Notes: generated by a model not told the origin, from the sequence alone. Shown: positions 1 through 13,120, numbered from the stretch's first letter. The stretch: 64,000 bases of DNA from Eledone cirrhosa (GCA_964016885.1 CAXHJY010000818.1:124001-188000); one strand, 5' to 3'. Made by a program: numbers and translations.

Positions 1-2830
1 TTGGGTGGTCATAGCTAGAGTTGGGTGGACACAGCTGGTGTTGGGTGGTCATAGCTGGTGTTGGGTGGTCATAGCTGGTGTTGGGTGGTCATAGCTGGTG
101 TTGGGTGGTCATAGCTGGTGTTGGGTGGACACAGCTGGTGTTGGGTGGTCATAGCTGGTGTTGGGTGGTCATAGCTGGTGTTGGGTGGACATAGCTGGTG
201 TTGGGTGGTCATAGCTGGTGTTGGGTGGACATAGCTGGTGTTGGGTGGTCATAGCTGGTGTTGGGTGGTCATAGCTGGTGTTGGGTGGACACAGCTGGTG
301 TTGGGTGGTCATAGCTGGTGTTGGGTGGTCATAGCTGGTGTTGGGTGGTCATAGCTAGTGTTGGGTGGTCATAGCTGGTGTTGGGTGGACACAGCTGGTG
401 TTGGGTGGTCATAGCTGGTGTTGGGTAGACATAGCTGGTGTTGGGTGGTCATAGCTGGTGTTGGGTGGTCATAGCTAGTGTTGGGTGGTCACAGCTGGTG
501 TTGGGTGGTCATAGCTAGAGTTGGGTGGACACAGCTGGTGTTGGGTGGTCATAGCTGGTGTTGGGTGGTCATAGCTGGTGTTGGGTGGTCATAGCTGGTG
601 TTGGGTGGTCATAGCTGGTGTTGGGTGGTCATAGCTGGTGTTGGGTGGTCATAGCTGGTGTTGGGTGGACACAGCTGGTGTTGGGTGGTCATAGCTGGTG
701 TTGGGTGGTCATAGCTGGTGTTGGGTGGACATAGCTGGTGTTGGGTGGTCATAGCTGGTGTTGGGTGGTCATAGCTGGTGTTGGGTGGACACAGCTGGTG
801 TTGGGTGGTCATAGCTGGTGTTGGGTGGACACAGCTGGTGTTGGGTGGTCATAGCTGGTGTTGGGTGGTCATAGCTGGTGTTGGGTGGTCATAGCTAGAG
901 TTGGGTGGACACAGCTGGTGTTGGGTGGTCATAGCTGGTGTTGGGTGGTCATAGCTGGTGTTGGGTGGTCATACCTGGTGTTGGGTGGACATAGCTGGTG
1001 TTGGGTGGTCACAGCTGGTGTTGGGTGGTCATAGCTAGTGTTGGGTGGTCATAGCTGGTGTTGGGTGGTCATAGCTGGTGTTGGGTGGACATAGCTGGTG
1101 TTGGGTGGACATAGCTGGTGTTGGGTGGTCACAGCTGGTGTTGGGTGGACATAGATGGTGTTGGGTGGTCATAGCTGGTGTTGGGTGGACACAGCTGGTG
1201 TTGGGTGGTCATAGCTGGTGTTGGGTGGACACAGCTGGTGTTGGGTGGTCATAGCTAGAGTTGGGTGGACACAGCTGGTGTTGGGTGGTCATAGCTGGTG
1301 TTGGGTGGTCATAGGTGGTGTTGGGTGGTCATAGCTGGTGTTGGGTGGTCATAGCTGGTGTTGGGTGGTCATAGCTAGTGTTGGGTGGTCATAGCTGGTG
1401 TTGGGTGGTCATAGCTGGTGTTGGGTGGACACAGCTGGTGTTGGGTGGTCATAGCTAGTGTTGGGTGGTCATAGCTGGTGTTGGGTGGTCATAGCTAGTG
1501 TTGGGTGGTCATAGCTGGTGTTGGGTGGTCATAGCTAGTGTTGGGTGGTCATAGCTGGTGTTGGGTGGACACAGCTGGTGTTGGGTGGTCATAGCTGGTG
1601 TTGGGTGGACATAGCTGGTGTTGGGTGGACATAGCTGGTGTTGGGTGGTCATAGCTAGTGTTGGGTGGTCATAGCTGGTGTTGGGTGGTCATAGCTGGTG
1701 TTGGGTGGACATAGCTGGTGTTGGGTGGTCATAGGTGGTGTTGGGTGGTCATAGCTGGTGTTGGGTGGTCATAGCTGGTGTTGGGTGGTCATAGCTAGTG
1801 TTGGGTGGTCATAGCTGGTGTTGGGTGGTCATAGGTGGTGTTGGGTGGTCATAGGTGGTGTTGGGTGGTCATAGCTGGTGTTGGGTGGACATAGCTGGTG
1901 TTGGGTGGTCATAGGTGGTGTTGGGTGGTCATAGCTGGTGTTGGGTGGACACAGCTGGTGTTGGGTGGACACAGCTGGTGTTGGGTGGACACAGCTGGTG
2001 TTGGGTGGTCATAGCTGGTGTTGGGTGGTCATAGCTAGTGTTGGGTGGTCATAGCTGGTGTTGGGTGGTCATAGCTAGTGTTGGGTGGTCATAGCTGGTG
2101 TTGGGTGGTCATAGCTAGTGTTGGGTGGTCATAGCTGGTGTTGGGTGGACACAGCTGGTGTTGGGTGGTCATAGCTGGTGTTGGGTGGACATAGCTGGTG
2201 TTGGGTGGACATAGCTGGTGTTGGGTGGTCATAGCTAGTGTTGGGTGGTCATAGCTGGTGTTGGGTGGTCATAGGTGGTGTTGGGTGGTCATAGCTGGTG
2301 TTGGGTGGACATAGCTGGTGTTGGGTGGTCATAGGTGGTGTTGGGTGGTCATAGCTGGTGTTGGGTGGTCATAGCTGGTGTTGGGTGGTCATAGCTGGTG
2401 TTGGGTGGTCATAGCTAGTGTTGGGTGGTCATAGCTAGTGTTGGGTGGTCATAGCTGGTGTTGGGTGGTCATAGGTGGTGTTGGGTGGTCATAGCTGGTG
2501 TTGGGTGGACATAGCTGGTGTTGGGTGGTCATAGGTGGTGTTGGGTGGTCATAGCTGGTGTTGGGTGGACACAGCTGGTGTTGGGTGGACACAGCTGGTG
2601 TTGGGTGGACACAGCTGGTGTTGGGTGGTCATAGCTGGTGTTGGGTGGTCATAGCTGGTGTTGGGTGGTCATAGCTGGTGTTGGGTGGTCATAGCTGGTG
2701 TTGGGTGGTCATATGTGGTGTTGGGTGGTCATAGGTGGTGTTGGGTGGTCATAGCTGGTGTTGGGTGGTCATAGCTAGTGTTGGGTGGTCATAGCTGGTG
2801 TTGGGTGGACACAGCTGGTGTTGAGAATCA
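1..2830. repeat. 20-bp minisatellite (TTGGGTGGTCATAGCTGGTG)n, about 141 copies, truncated by the window start
   Basis: Strict 20-bp period with recurring variants (GGAC/ACAG, CTAG, AGGT); the last unit runs into TTGAGAATCA. Confidence 0.98.
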
Positions 2831-2843
2831 CTGTAGTACATAC

Positions 2844-3035
2844 CTAGAGCTGGGTGGACACAACTGCTGTTGGGAATCAAGTGTGTTGACCACCGACACA
2901 TCACACTGTTGGTGACAGGATATAAGTTGTTCATTGCTCATTTGGTGGTCAGCTGGAGGTGGTGGAGGATGTGGTGGTGGTGGAGGTGGTACTACCCTAT
3001 CAGTTTGGTCATCTGTGCGCTCCAGCATGGAAAAC
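2844..3035 (-). CDS. RYK: Probable RYK intracellular juxtamembrane exon, proline-rich (R|FSMLERTDDQTDRVVPPPPPPHPPPPPADHQMSNEQLISCHQQCDVSVVNTLDSQQQLCPPSS|R)
   Basis: Minus strand ttgttttaatgtcag|G...TCTAG|gtatgt; 192 nt, phase 2 at both ends, no stops, and matches the phase-2 end of the TM exon. I recognise no homology for the peptide itself. Confidence 0.62.
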
Positions 3036-3049
3036 CTGACATTAAAACA

Positions 3050-3397
3050 ATAATGATGATGATGGTAATGATGATGATGGAAATGATGGTGATGGTGATG
3101 ATGGTGATGATGGCGATGATGATGGTGGTGGTGATGATGATGGTGGTGATGGTGATAGTGATGATGGTGGTGATGGTGGTGATGGTGATGGTGGTGATGA
3201 TGGCGATGATGATGGTGGTGATGATGGCGATGGTGGTGATGGTGATAGTGATGATGGTGGTGATGGTGGTGATGGTGATGGTGATGGTGATGATGGTGAT
3301 GATGGTGGTGATGGTGGTGATGGTGGTGATGATGGTGATGGTGATGATGGTGGTGGTGATGATGATGATGATGGTGGTGATGGTGGTGATGGTGGTG
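3050..3397. repeat. (GAT/GGT)n trinucleotide microsatellite
   Basis: Direct reading. Confidence 0.95.
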
Positions 3398-4014
3398 CAA
3401 TGAAAATGTTAATAAATTTGATGAGACTGCAGGAAGAGCGTATGTCCAATTGTAGCACCGTGATATGTGTGAGGCCCCAACGAGTATTTAGTAAACCTGG
3501 GGCACTCCACAAGCCCCCAAGTTACCCCAGGGTGTAACTCTATATAGTATCTACGTCACCTTTTGTCACAACACCCTATTACTTCTATTTATATTATTGT
3601 TGTTATTATTTTAAAGTGTTTATATTTATCAAAAAAATTTTCCATAGTAATTTTATCTAAGAACCTTTGTTAAGTTCTGTTCCAAACACCATATGTCAAC
3701 ATGGCGCCCTCTACGTCTCCATCAGGAGTTACAGGACCACATATATATATATATATATACATTTATATGATGTCCAAGGGAAAGACAAAGGTCAATATAC
3801 ACCCCCACCATCGCCACCACCACCACCCCTACTACCGCCACCATCGCTGCTACCACCACCACAACCACCCCTACTACCACCACCACCGCCACTGCTGCCA
3901 CCACCACCACCACCTTACGGGCTTGATAACAGAAAGTACCAGTAATTCACTAGGGTTGATTTAACAGCCCCCTCTCCTTCGCCCAAAATTGTTGGCCTTG
4001 TGCCTAAGTCAGAA

Positions 4015-4045
<31 letters not shown>

Positions 4046-4527
4046 TCATCATCAGTATTAGTAGTATTAGTAGTATTAGTATTATGAAGGCAAGATGGCT
4101 GCTGCCTTCTCTTTTGCTGTTTGGTATGATGGTAGAAAGGAAGAGGATTAGAACGGAGGGGGGGGGGGGTAGTTAGGAGGAGGAAATGGTTAGATCCTCA
4201 GGATGTTGATAAATTATTGACAGAGATAACAGCTGAACAAAGATCGACAAACAGACAGACAGACAGTCGGACAGACAGACAGAGGGACAAACGGACAGAC
4301 AGACAGAGGGACAAACGGACAGACAGACAGTCGGACAAACGGACAGACAGACAGAGGGACAAACGGACAGACATACAGTCGGACAGACAGACAGACGGAC
4401 AAACGAACAGACAGACAGTCGGACAAACGGACAGAGAGAGAGAGAGAGAGAGAGGTAGATGGACAAATGCTGTATTGATGAGCTGTCCAATTTCTCTCTC
4501 GAATTCTGTCACACCATGCGACATATA

Positions 4528-4622
<95 letters not shown>

Positions 4623-4694
4623 CTGCACACACATATATGCATATATACACATGTACACACACATACATATATGCATATACAATGATATATACAT

Positions 4695-4726
<32 letters not shown>

Positions 4727-5179
4727 GCATATACATATATGTTCTCTCTATGTATATATACCATGTATATATATATATATATATATATACATGGTATATA
4801 ATATAAGACACTTTAGAAGGTCGGAGGATGTAAAGGAAATGATGTTTCATGAGATGGCCAAAACAACAACAATAACAGCAACAACAACATATTTAAATAC
4901 CTCCCCAACCCCACCACATTCCAACCTTCTTTCACCTCCAAGAGCTGCATATATTGTGTGTGTGTGTGTGTGTCTGTGTGTGTGTGTGTGTGTCTGTGTG
5001 TGTGTGTGTGTGTCTGTGTGTGTGTGTGTGTGTCTGTGTGTGTGTGTGTGTGTCTGTGAGATGTACTTTTGGAGGGTCAAGAAAAATACAACATATCATC
5101 TATATATATCCTTAAAATTTCCATGTAAACCCATTCAATTTCCATGTAAACCCCAGATTTTCTCTAACCTGTCCTTGTA

Positions 5180-5465
5180 AAGTCCCCATGTGGTAAAAGT
5201 CCAATGTTAACAGCACCCCCCCATGTTGTAAAGCTTGCCACACCCAGTCCCCATGTGGTAACGTCCGCCACATTCAATCCCCACATGGTAAAGTCTGCCA
5301 CACTCAGTCTCCATGTGGTAAAGTCTGCCACATTTAGTCTACATGTGGTAAAACCCGCCACATTTAGTCCCCATGTGGTAAAGGCCTGCCATATTCAGTA
5401 CCCATGTGGTAAAGTATGTCACATGTAGTAAAGTCTGCCACATTCAGCCCCCATGTGGTAAAGCC
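5180..5465. repeat. About 30-bp minisatellite (CCCCATGTGGTAAAGTCTGCCACATTCAGT)n, about 9 diverged copies, internal hairpin ATGTGG...CCACAT
   Basis: Direct reading. Confidence 0.88.
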
Positions 5466-6022
5466 TACTGAAATAATGATTTAGCAGTATTTGTTCCAAT
5501 AATGTACCAGTAAAATATTGAGATTGGTGTTGTAGTGGTGTGGTTGTTGTAGTGTTGGTGTTGTTGTGGTGTGGTTGTTGTAGTGTTGGTGTTGTTGTGG
5601 TGTGGTGTGGTTGTTGTAGTGTTGGTGTTGTAGTGGTGTGGTTGTTGTAGTGTTGGTGTTGTAGTGGTGTGGTTGTTGTAGTGTTGGTGTTGTAGTGCTA
5701 TTGTTGTTGTGGTGTTGTAGTGGTGCTGTTGGTGTTGTTGCTGATGCAGTATTGCTGTTGTTGTTGTAGTGGTGTTGTTGATGTTGTTGTTGTGGTGTTG
5801 CTGATGCTGGTACAGTGCTTGTGTTGTTGTTGTTGTTGTTGTTGTTGTGGTGGTGGTGATGGAGTCAGTGGAGATGGCTGAAGGAAGGAAGTAATTGGTA
5901 AACCATTCAGTTCAGTTCCGTCTGTTCCATTCCAAACAAAGAACAAGAAATGGCAAAACAACAGAGAGAAAAGCAAACAACACAAACAACAAACACAGGT
6001 ATATATATATATATATACATAT

Positions 6023-6055
<33 letters not shown>

Positions 6056-6215
6056 CATACACTTTATAAAACAATACACTTTCATGAAGAAACATAGATG
6101 TATGTGCAATGTGTCAGTGTGTATGTGTGTGTTGTATATAAAAACACACACAAACCTATACATAAATATACATATACGAAAGCACAAAACCACTATGCGT
6201 ATACACACATTATCA

Positions 6216-6255
<40 letters not shown>

Positions 6256-6256
6256 A

Positions 6257-6748
6257 CCCTTTTATTACCATATTATTAGTGTGTTTCAATTAATTTTGAA
6301 GCTAACCAAAAATTTGAAGTGATTTAGTAATATAATTAACTTTATTATTAAGCTGCTGTTTGGAACATAACATAATAAAGGTTCTTATATATAAAAACAA
6401 AAATTATGATGGAAGGTTTTTAGATAAATATAAACACTTTAACCCTTTAGCATTTAAACTGTTTGTATCCGGTCAGAATTCTCTCACTTCTTTCAGTTCA
6501 AACCAGCTGTAACCAGCTACTCATACCAACATTAAGGTATTGTTCTCAAAATAAATAATATCAAAATATCATAGATTCAGTATTATATGAGATATTATGT
6601 GAGATAAAGCCTTTACTGTGAAAATACAATAGTATATATAGAGTAATGTAAATGCTAAAGGGTTAACATAAATTTGAACACTATAAAATTGGCAGTTTTG
6701 TTATAAAGAAACGAGGGCCTAGCGAGAGGTGGTTTGGTATCAAAAGGG
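6257..6748 (+). mobile_element. piggyBac-type MITE family B with a nested family-A MITE
   Basis: Ends CCCTTTTATTACCA...TGGTATCAAAAGGG-TTAA; body resembles 33386-33853. Confidence 0.75.
6443..6662 (+). mobile_element. piggyBac-type MITE family A, 220 bp
   Basis: TTAA-CCCTTTAGCATTTA...TAAATGCTAAAGGG-TTAA: 14-bp TIR plus TTAA target duplication; five more copies in the window. Confidence 0.88.
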
Positions 6749-6787
6749 TTAAATAAGCTCACACTGTAAAGAATTGCACATACATAC

Positions 6788-6953
6788 CTCATTTTGTCTG
6801 CGTACCCTTTGGCGCTAGCTTTCTGGGAATTGAGGTAATACGCGGTGACAGCAAGAGCAATCAGAAGAATGATGAGACAAGCACAGCCGACAGCAATATA
6901 AAACAGGTAGGTAGATGAGTTGATGTTGTTCACCTTACTGGTGTCTGATGGAG
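6788..6953 (-). CDS. RYK: RYK/Derailed transmembrane exon (A|PSDTSKVNNINSSTYLFYIAVGCACLIILLIALAVTAYYLNSQKASAKGYADKM|R)
   Basis: cttcttcacag|CT...ATGAG|gtatgt, 166 nt, phase 1 to 2; FYIAVGCAC resembles the RYK TM segment (FYISVGVCC in vertebrates, from memory). Confidence 0.93.
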
Positions 6954-8149
6954 CTGTGAAGAAGAGGAAGAAGCAGGTAAGAAAATAGAATATAAGACAG
7001 GTAGATAGATATGTTGATGTTCACCTTACTGGTGTCTGATGGAGCTGTGAAGAAGAGGAAGAAGTATCAGGGAGGAAAAATTTAAATGTACAGCTCAAAT
7101 CTATGAAGGTTTAGTTGAACTAAAACAAGGATTCTATCTTGTGAAATGAAACAACTTGCTCAAGATCATAATGTACCAGCTGGTCTGGATGTTGTTGCTG
7201 GCGTAGTATTGCAGTATTGATGTTGTGGTGTTGCTGATGTTGATGTTGTGGTGGTATTGCTGATATGTTGTTGATGTGGTGGTGGTGGTTGTGGTGTTGT
7301 GGATGTTGTTGATGTGGTGGTGGTGTTGTGGTGTTGTTGATGTTGTTGATGTGGTGGTGGTGTTGTGTTGTTGTTGATGTTGAGGTGTTGATGTTGTTGA
7401 TGTGGTGGTGTTGTGGTAGTACTTGTCGATCCTTGTTTACAAGTGATTAGAAAAGAAACCAAGAGACAGAGAGATGGTGGTGGTGGTCATATAACGAAGT
7501 GTGTTGCCCTTAAGTAGGGATTCATAATAGCGTGTAGCTGCTATAGTGGCATCCCTGAGAGGGAGAGAGAGAGATTTATGGTAGCGTGTGGCTCATTTGG
7601 TCATTCCATGAGAGTATCTTGGTCAGCCTATGGACTGTTCAGCCGACCCTCATATAAAGTCAGTTGATAACAGGGAGACATACCACCTTCGTTGATGTTT
7701 CAGAGGTCCCAAGTCTTGCTAGTATGGTGCCATTGTTTTGGCACGGCTTCTATGGTTAGATGCCATTCTAAACACCAGACATCTAACAATGTACTGGAGA
7801 GTATCTTACCCTTTCTGACCCCCAACTGACACCCCTGGAAATACAATTCCATATGATAGAGGGTGGGGTTGTATTAGTTGAGCCAGGTTAATCAATGTCT
7901 GGAAGAAATCCTGGCACTGGAATGGTGTAAGTTTTAAGATTATTGATGGGGTCAAATATGAAATATTAGGTTGAAATATATCAATAATCAATCAATAAAC
8001 GTAATGAATGCTTAACAAATCGTCCTTGTATTATTATATTACACTGTCTAGCTCTACACCTTGCCACTGACGTGAACCTAAACATCAAGTGCTCACCTGG
8101 GTGAACCTACAGTAACTTCATGTTACACTCCCAGGATATATATATATAT

Positions 8150-8290
8150 ATATAAAGGGTAAACAAATAACAAAAATAACAAGACAAACGGCACAGTACG
8201 TGGAAGAAATATATTAGTTTAATGCTTGAAATAACAGGGAGAGAGTATTAACGTTTCGGACACTAGTCCTTCATCAGAAGATAGAGTTAG
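8150..8290 (-). mobile_element. Probable Penelope-like terminal fragment with a degenerate hammerhead motif
   Basis: Minus strand CTGATGA-A-GGAC-TAGT-GTCC-GAAAC-GTTAA at about 8248-8277; stem I is poor; adjacent to (TA)n. Confidence 0.55.
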
Positions 8291-8626
8291 AAATAGAAGA
8301 TAAGTAGAAAGTAAAGAGTGATGAGAGGAAGGAGCTGGGAGAATGAGAAATAAAAATGTCAATCAAAAAGGATTTTATCTTCTTCCTTTTACAAAAGTAT
8401 CCCTCTTACATGTGTGTGTGTGTGTGTGCATGCATGTATATGTGCGTGTGTGCGTGCATGTATGTGTGTGTGTGTGTGTGCATGTATGTGTGTGTGTGCG
8501 TGCATGTATGTGTGTGTGTGTGTGCATGTATATGTGTGTGTGTGTGTAAAGGAGTGTACGTGTATGTGTGTGTATAGATGATAAAAAATGACAGGTGACG
8601 TTGAATTAAAAATAAAAACAAAATCA

Positions 8627-8660
<34 letters not shown>

Positions 8661-8859
8661 GAGACATTTTGGAACATTCTCCAGATAGACAGAATTCCGA
8701 TAACTTTCTTGTCTTTTCTCCACCTCCTCCTCCTCCTATCACAAGATTCTTTCTCTTCTTCACTTCCTCCTCCTCCCTCATCTCATGAAATATGGGTGGG
8801 AGAGGGTAACAGCTGTGTGGGGGAGGGGCGTAAGACTAGAAATTGTCTGCCACACACAC

Positions 8860-9205
8860 AGTAGTAGTAGTAGTAGTAGTAGTACTAGTGATGATAGTAG
8901 TAGTAGTGGTAGTAGTAGTAGTAGCAGTTGTAATAGAAGTAGTAGTAGCAGCAGTCGTAGTAGTAGTAATAGTGGTAGTAGTAGAGGTAGTAATAGTAGT
9001 AGTAGTAGCAGTAATAGTAGTAGTAGTAGCAGTAGTAGTAGTAGCAGTAGTGGTAGTGGTAGTAGCAGTAATAGAGGTAGTAATAGTAGTAATAGTGGTA
9101 GTAGTAGTTGTAGTAGCAGCAGTAACAGTAGTAGTAGTTGTAGTAGTAGTAGTAACAGTGGTAGTAGTTGTAGTAGTAGCAGTAGTAATAGTGGTAGTAG
9201 TATAG
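8860..9205. repeat. (AGT)n microsatellite
   Basis: Direct reading. Confidence 0.95.
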
Positions 9206-9521
9206 TAACAATTCTAAAACACTGTAGACTGTAGTTCCCTGCGGTGTGGGGGCAGTGCTGGAGGGGTTGTGATGTATCCGAGACTGAATGAACGCCGGAG
9301 ACTTGGAGACTACGCTAGGGATCGGAAAGTGAATGGAGATATTGTGGTGGAGGGAGGGGGGATTGTGGAGAAGGGAGTGGAGGGGGGGGGGGGGGGGGTA
9401 AGTTTTTAAGTAAGATACCTTCGGTTCCTTGGAGGTGACTCATAGTAAAGTCTCTCTCTCAATATATATACACACATATATATATATACACACATATATA
9501 TATATACACATACATACATAC

Positions 9522-9559
<38 letters not shown>

Positions 9560-9560
<1 letters not shown>

Positions 9561-10075
9561 AGAAGTTTAGGGAGCTGCTTCCTCTGCTGACGAAGAAGGG
9601 TTTCTCCCTGCGTACGAAAGGCCGGTTATATGATGCCTGTGTGAGGAGTGCAATGCTGCATGGTAGTGAGACATGGGCAGCAACTGCAGAGGATATGCGA
9701 CGGCTGGAGAGAAATGAGGCAAGCATGCTCCGTTGGATGTGCAGTGTCAATGTGCGTGAACGACCCAGCATAAATGTGTTGAGAGAGAAACTGTGTCTGA
9801 GAGGGATAGAATGTAGTGTATGGGAGAGGAGACTGAGGTGGTATGGACATGTGATGCACATGGAGGATGACCGATGGGTGAAGAAGTGCCAGGAAATGCC
9901 AGTTGAAGGAAGACGTGGTAGAGGTAGACCATGAAAAACATGGGCGGAGGTGGTGAGAACAGACCTCACGGTGGAGATGACGAAGGACCGTGACAAGTGG
10001 AGAGATGCTGAATAAGACCCGTCCCACCCTTGCAAGCAGGGAAGAGCGGACGTAGAATGATGATGATGATGATGA
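9560..10075 (+). mobile_element. 5'-truncated RTE-clade LINE (RT C-terminal region, 3'UTR, (TGA)n tail)
   Basis: Translates KFRELLPLL...LYDACVRSAMLHGSETW...RRLRWYGHV...EGRRGRGRP*KTW, typical RTE ORF end with a premature stop; TGA-repeat tail; flanked by (TA)n. Confidence 0.92.
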
Positions 10076-10145
10076 TATATATATATCTATATTTATATCT
10101 ATATAGATATATGTACATATATACATATATATACACACATATATG

Positions 10146-10210
<65 letters not shown>

Positions 10211-10306
10211 TATTTGCATGTGGAATTGTATATTTAAGGATTTAAGGGGATAGGTGGGATTCTTCCGTGTTCCTTTCTTTGCCTTTTTTGGTTTATAGTG
10301 TGTATG

Positions 10307-10349
<43 letters not shown>

Positions 10350-11145
10350 ATGTGTATGTATATATATATATGTGTGTGTGTATGTGTATATATATGTGTG
10401 TGTGTGTGTGTGTGTATGCGTGTGTGTTATACTTTTGTTTCCCACAACATTTTAATAAGCAATACAATTAGTTGTATGATGACCTTTTACAATAGTTGTA
10501 GACTTGATATAATGAAGGTGGTGGTGGGGAGATGGGGTCAGTGGTGGTGGTGGTGAGCAGTGGGGTGGTGGGGCAGAGGGGGTGACAGTGGTGGGGGGAC
10601 AGAGACGGGGTGACGCAGGTGGTGATGGTGGGGACAGATGGGGTGGGGTGGGGTGGGGTGGGGTGACAGTGTAGGTTTTTGATGGGTTTATATTTAATAG
10701 CAAACCCCCTGAAAATGTCCCTAGTTCTATGACACAAAACGGTTTATTTTAAAATGTTTATATTAGTCTAAAATTCTTCCATCATAATTTTATTTAAGAA
10801 CGTGTGTTAAGTTATGTTCCAAACACTCTTGGTTCTATGATACTAAGTTATTCATTTTAAAATGTTCATCTAAAATTCTTCCCATTGAAAATATATATAT
10901 ATATATGTTGGCTGCAAAGTTCATATGCTGACTATGAAGGAGAGATGCTAGAGCTGTGAAATCTTGTATTTCAAATCTTTTTATTAATAACTGCATAGTT
11001 TCTTTCCAGTGATTATGTTGAAAAATAAACCTCATTAGAAATATGCTAACGAAATAGTTAAAAGTATAAAGTGATGTTAGCAGAAGACTGAACATGTCTA
11101 CGCTCCATGGGAATTACCATTTACCAATCCTTAACCAACAGAGAA

Positions 11146-11340
11146 TCATCATCATCACCGTTTAATGTCCATGTGGTACAAGTCAGATCAGGTGACCATG
11201 TGTTGCTCATATAGAACTGTTTCTGGCTTGGTTTCTACAGCTGGATGCCCTCCCTAATGCCAACCACATTTACAGTGTGGACTGGGCACCTTTTGTCGTG
11301 ACCCCTACATGACCACTTTACAGGGTTGACTGGAGCCTGG
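11146..11340 (-). mobile_element. RTE-tailed SINE-like repeat (GGCTGGATGCCCTTCCTAA family)
   Basis: Shared blocks with 16697-16975, 20388-20560, 29083-29350, 34657-34818 and 63258-63635; (CAT)n tail at left. Confidence 0.75.
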
Positions 11341-11512
11341 GGTGAGAGAGGTAGATCTAGGGTGGGATGGGGAGACCTATCTGGTGAAGTGTGGGGGTTG
11401 TTAGGATGTAGGTGGTGTATGGAAGATGAAATGAGGGAGGCAAAGGTATGGGAAGGTGGTGCATACTAGAATTTCCATTCTTTAGAACTTACACCATTCT
11501 GTTATTCTATAA

Positions 11513-11722
11513 AGGGCGGTCGATTGGCAGAATTAGTAGAGCATCGGACACTCTGCTTTGCGGCATAGAGTTATGGACCTTTACATTTTGAGTTCAAATC
11601 GCACCGATGTTAACTTTGCCTTTCATCTTTACAGGGGTCGATAAAATAAAGTACTAGTCATGCACTGGGATCAATTTAATCAACCTTCCTCTCCATCAAA
11701 ATTGTTGGCCTTGTGCATAAAT
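11513..11722 (+). mobile_element. tRNA-derived SINE, near full length
   Basis: A-box-like TGGCAGAATTAG, B-box GAGTTCAAATC, core TTTGCCTTTCATC...GGGGTCGATAAAATAAAGTAC; also at 40706-40842 (+), 36370-36510 (-), 34945-35022 (-), 19330-19420 (-), 3940-4016 (+). Confidence 0.85.
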
Positions 11723-12940
11723 CTTTCACCATTATTCTACAAGACAACATCTGAACATTTCTGGTATTCATGTATCTTGTATCTTATCTCTGACTCTCAC
11801 AACACGGCCATCTTTATTTTGGCATCACCAGAATAAGTTATATCAGTTGTGATCCTAATATGAAAATCTTCCCAATCTACTTATCAAATTCTTCTTCTTC
11901 CTATCAAACAATTTATTCTCTATCACTAAATCTCTGCTCACTTTCATAAATGTTTAGCTAATTGCTTCAGCAATTACCAACCATGTCAAATAGCTTCCGG
12001 TTAATTCTTTAATCAAGTCCCTGTCTGCGAGTAGTGCAGGAAAATTGTAGAAATTCTAAGAATTATGTTGTTGTTGTCTTCATATTATTCTATCATTGTC
12101 GATTGTCGATAATAAACTTAATAGATCTGTCTATATAAACAACACCTGATCTGAAACTGTAGAAGTCATTAGATGATTTATAATACCATTAGCTGATAGC
12201 TTAATTAATATATCATCATCATCATCATCATCACTATTAATATCATTCCTTGTCACCACCACCATCACCACTGTCACCATCACCACAACCACCACCATCA
12301 CTGTCACCATCATCATTGTCATCACCACTGCCACCACCATCACCACCACTACTAAAGCCATCAATACCACCACCACCACTACCACCACCGCCACCACCAC
12401 CACCACCACCACTACCACCACCGCCGCCACCACAACCGCGAACACTGTTATCATCAGTAAAACAATACACACACATATATATATATAAATATATATAATT
12501 TAGAGCCCCAGCATGGGCAGAGTCCAATGACTGAAACCAGTAAGACAATAAATACACAACATATAGATATATACACAACACATATATATACACAACACAT
12601 TATATACACAACACATATAGATATATACACAACACATATATATATACACAACACATTATATACACAACACATATAGATATATACACAACACATTATATAC
12701 ACAACACATATATAGATATATACACAACACATATATAGATATATACACAACACATTATATACACAACACATATATAGATATATACACAACACATTATATA
12801 CACAACACATATATAGATATATACACAACACATATATAGATATATAAAATATTAAATTACCAGCAAAAAAGGAATGAGGGTCTGATGAATGGGAACTGCC
12901 ACCTCGTATTCCGATTGTTGGGTCTGAAAATATAGAAAGA

Positions 12941-13120
12941 TTAGGGGTTAATAGAGGAGTTCACTATATTAGGGGTTAATAGAGGAGTTCACTATATTAG
13001 GGGTTAATAGAGGAATTCACTATATTAGGGGTTAATAGAGGAGTTCACTATATTAGGGGTTAATACAGGGGTTTACTACAGTAGGGGTTAATAGAGGGGT
13101 TCACTATATTAGGGGTTACT
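12941..13120. repeat. 28-bp minisatellite (TTAGGGGTTAATAGAGGAGTTCACTATA)n, about 6.5 copies
   Basis: Direct reading. Confidence 0.92.

Noticed and set aside
7810-7834. AG/GT-bounded 25-nt minus-strand mini-exon
   Set aside because: Not a multiple of 3 in a phase 1-1 context; would frameshift RYK.
11513-11610. tRNA gene
   Set aside because: A/B boxes are present but there is no cloverleaf and it continues into a SINE core.
12941-13120. Telomeric repeat (TTAGGG)
   Set aside because: Only one TTAGGGG per 28-bp unit; not a telomeric array.
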